Shown piece after piece: positions 42,722 to 44,740 of a stretch of 44,740 nt of DNA. The notes under the pieces were generated by a model that saw only the letters and a list, made by a program, of their open reading frames with translations, searched no databases and was not told the DNA's origin. The position numbers and the translations under genes are program-made. Position 1 is the stretch's first letter, and each line of letters opens with the position of its first letter. Origin of the DNA: Escherichia phage McMelon. Location: sequence record OR896838.1. One strand, 5' to 3'.

Positions 42722-43864
42722 ATGCACCCGCAAACTAAAATCACCGACGAGCAATTGATCGCTGAAGTGCAATCAGGCACTACCCCGAAAGATATTGCGA
42801 AGAAGTACGGTCTTTCCCTCCGAAATGTCTACATGCGAAAAGCCCGCCTGTCGAAGAAAGGGATTGGTCACGGCAACGATGCCGTAATCCGTAAGCGCGT
42901 TGCCGATGGCTTCGGTGTTAAGCGCGTATCCGCCCTGGTGCGCGGCAATGGCGAAGAGGTCATGTCGTGGGTTATCACTGAGCAGGACAAGGAGCGCCAG
43001 CTTGAAGCAATGCGCGCCGTTGTCGAGGGTATGAACAGCGAAATCACACCGGCAGCGCCCGTAAACGCCCCGCCAGTACCGGTCCATGCACTGGACCTAC
43101 TCAACCTGTACACCGTGTCCGACTTCCACCTGGGCATGTTGGCCTGGGGCGAGGAGACTGGCGAAGACTGGGATATGGCGATTGCAGAAGACCTGTTTTA
43201 CCGCTGGTTTGTCGAAGCCTTCGCACGCGCACCGGACGCAGGCACTGCCGTAATTAATATCCTCGGTGATATGGCGCATTTTGATAGCCTTGATGCGGTC
43301 ACCCCAGCCAGCGGGCACGTACTGGACGCGGATACCCGCTACCAGAAACTGGTCCGCTACATGATTCGCATGGTGCGCAACGTGGTAGACCTGGCACTGC
43401 AAAAACACCACAAAGTCAAACTTCTAATCGTCCAGGGGAATCATGACGAATCGGGCATGATTTGGCTGGCTGAAATGTTCAACACCCTGTACGAGAACGA
43501 GCCGCGCGTCGATGTGGATACGTCCCCGGACGTATACAAAATGGTGCAACACGGCAAGACCACGCTGTTCTTCCACCACGGGCACAAAGCGCGCTTCGAT
43601 GCTATTGAAACCGTAATGATTTCCAAATTCAGACAGGCGTTCGGGTCCAGCGAGTACAGCTACGCGCATGTAGGCCACTTGCACCACCAGAAGATTGTAG
43701 AATCCCGCAACATGATTGTTGAACAACACCGGACCCTCGCCGCGAAAGACGCATATGCCAGCCGCGGCGGTTGGATGTCCGGTCGTAGCGCCAACGTAAT
43801 AACCTACAGCGCCAACTACGGCGAAGTAGCGCGCTTAACCATTAGCCCGGAAATGTTGAAATGA
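42722..43864 (+). CDS. HTH domain fused to calcineurin-like metallophosphoesterase
   Basis: 380 aa; N-terminal HTH (TPKDIAKKYGLSLRNVYMRKA); phosphoesterase motifs DFHLG, GDMAHFD, GNHDE, HHGH, GHLHH. Confidence 0.6.
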   Translation: MHPQTKITDEQLIAEVQSGTTPKDIAKKYGLSLRNVYMRKARLSKKGIGHGNDAVIRKRVADGFGVKRVSALVRGNGEEVMSWVITEQDKERQLEAMRAVVEGMNSEITPAAPVNAPPVPVHALDLLNLYTVSDFHLGMLAWGEETGEDWDMAIAEDLFYRWFVEAFARAPDAGTAVINILGDMAHFDSLDAVTPASGHVLDADTRYQKLVRYMIRMVRNVVDLALQKHHKVKLLIVQGNHDESGMIWLAEMFNTLYENEPRVDVDTSPDVYKMVQHGKTTLFFHHGHKARFDAIETVMISKFRQAFGSSEYSYAHVGHLHHQKIVESRNMIVEQHRTLAAKDAYASRGGWMSGRSANVITYSANYGEVARLTISPEMLK

Positions 43865-44073
43865 TTAGACAAGTATTCATGAGCACGCAGGCTGACCGCC
43901 TGAAGGAATTACGCAAACAACTCGAAGGCTTGCGCCGATTCGAACGAACGGCAGCGGCTATAGGCATGTCTATCAGCGAGCGGATCGAGATACTATCGCA
44001 AATACGCTACACAGAAGGCGCTATAAGCGAAGTAGAAAGCATGTTAACCCGATACTACGGTCGCCACGTTTAA
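43861..44073 (+). CDS. hypothetical protein
   Basis: 70 aa, start overlaps upstream stop (ATGA); helical. Confidence 0.4.
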   Translation: MIRQVFMSTQADRLKELRKQLEGLRRFERTAAAIGMSISERIEILSQIRYTEGAISEVESMLTRYYGRHV

Positions 44074-44079
44074 CCCTCC

Positions 44080-44107
44080 TAGCCCGCCGATTTGGTGGGC
44101 TTTTTTG
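44080..44107 (+). terminator. rho-independent terminator
   Basis: AGCCCGCC-gatttg-GTGGGCT hairpin (one G-T wobble) followed by TTTTTT. Confidence 0.65.
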
Positions 44108-44111
44108 TGCC

Positions 44112-44120
44112 TGTTATAAT
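44112..44120 (+). promoter_or_regulatory. candidate extended -10 promoter (TGtTATAAT) upstream of TerS
   Basis: Perfect TATAAT preceded by TGn; 70 nt upstream of the TerS ATG. Confidence 0.35.
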
Positions 44121-44189
44121 CCCCTTAGATGGCAGGGCCGTCTCTTATGTTGCCGATGGTCGGCGCATATGCACAAAAGGGCTTATATC

Positions 44190-44740
44190 ATGGCAGAAAT
44201 TAAAGTTAAGGGCCGACGCGCCAAACTGGACGGACGAGTAGCAGTAACCCCGCGCCGTAAACCAGGCGAGCAAACCGAGCATACCAATCTCGGACCTGAA
44301 ATCGAGTACGGAAAGCGCCGTAAAGGCGGCAAATGTGGACGCCCTACTGACTACCGATCCGTTTACTGCGACCAGCTTCGCCGCTATTTTGCCGACGCCG
44401 ACGCCTGGCGGGTCAACTACTCCGATAAAGGCGCTGCGCAAGTAATCCCCCGGAACAAAATGCCAACCTTCGGCCGATTTGCCGCTGAAATCGGCGTGGG
44501 CGTAGCTTGCTTGTATCGCTGGGCGCGTGCGCATGAGGAGTTTGCCGAGGCGATGGCGGACGCTATGGAGTTGCAGAAAACTTTCCTGATGGAAGCCGGT
44601 GGCGTGACCATCGCGGCAGGCTTCGCTACGTTCCTGCTTAAAGCAAACCACGGCGTCCGCGACGATGTGCCGCTGGATGACGACGAAGATGATAACGGCG
44701 ACGTCGTAGTGGAACCTACCGGCAAAGGCCAGGGTGAATA
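44190..44740 (+). CDS. terS: terminase small subunit (3' end at window edge)
   Basis: ORF open to the last base (183 codons plus TA); HTH-like FGRFAAEIGVGVACLYRWARAHEEF; acidic C-terminus; base 1 of the window would complete the stop. Confidence 0.6.
   Translation, partial: MAEIKVKGRRAKLDGRVAVTPRRKPGEQTEHTNLGPEIEYGKRRKGGKCGRPTDYRSVYCDQLRRYFADADAWRVNYSDKGAAQVIPRNKMPTFGRFAAEIGVGVACLYRWARAHEEFAEAMADAMELQKTFLMEAGGVTIAAGFATFLLKANHGVRDDVPLDDDEDDNGDVVVEPTGKGQGE

Noticed and set aside
44145-44725. Minus-strand ORFs (168 aa and 102 aa) antisense to the TerS gene
   Set aside because: Shadow ORFs; the plus strand carries a TerS-like HTH and runs cleanly into the TerL start.
1-44740. Integrase, repressor or excisionase (lysogeny module)
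   Set aside because: No ORF with tyrosine or serine recombinase hallmarks or a cI-like architecture was recognised; the phage is provisionally considered virulent, though a divergent repressor could have been missed without profile searches.

Overview
The window reads as a complete or near-complete genome of a virulent, lambda-like-tailed siphovirus of about 44.7 kb, apparently written from the terminase large subunit start. The last ORF (terminase small subunit) has no stop inside the window; base 1 would complete its TAA and overlap the TerL ATG, as expected if the record is circular. Plus strand: TerL, portal, head morphogenesis protein, an overlapped Rz/Rz1 spanin pair, scaffold, major capsid, neck proteins, major tail protein, a G/GT-type chaperone with a -1 slippery site, tape measure, lambda M-L-K-I-J homologues, and a side tail fibre with a C-terminal S74-type chaperone domain. 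Minus strand (36059 down to 23214): a replication and nucleotide-metabolism operon with DUF2800-like nuclease, gp2.5/DUF2815-like SSB, family A DNA polymerase, VRR-NUC, SNF2 helicase, a compact C5-cytosine methyltransferase-like protein, Dam-like methyltransferase and HAD phosphatase. Plus strand from 36282: HTH regulator, primase-polymerase/ATPase, small early ORFs, holins, lysozyme, an HTH-metallophosphoesterase fusion and TerS. No integrase or repressor was recognised. The most unusual signals are (i) a GCGGGACA repeat/palindrome element of about 150-300 bp present twice (10829-11140 and 39030-39210), (ii) a direct repeat-palindrome-direct repeat structure just after the primase gene, (iii) a family of near-identical promoters (TTGCAx-17-TATATT) that also drives an antisense orphan gene inside the late module (4453-5217), (iv) two proteins with alternating poly-acidic/poly-basic repeat tails, and (v) a Cor/Llp-like lipoprotein next to the fibre gene. 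All functional calls are from motif recognition by eye; no database search was run.
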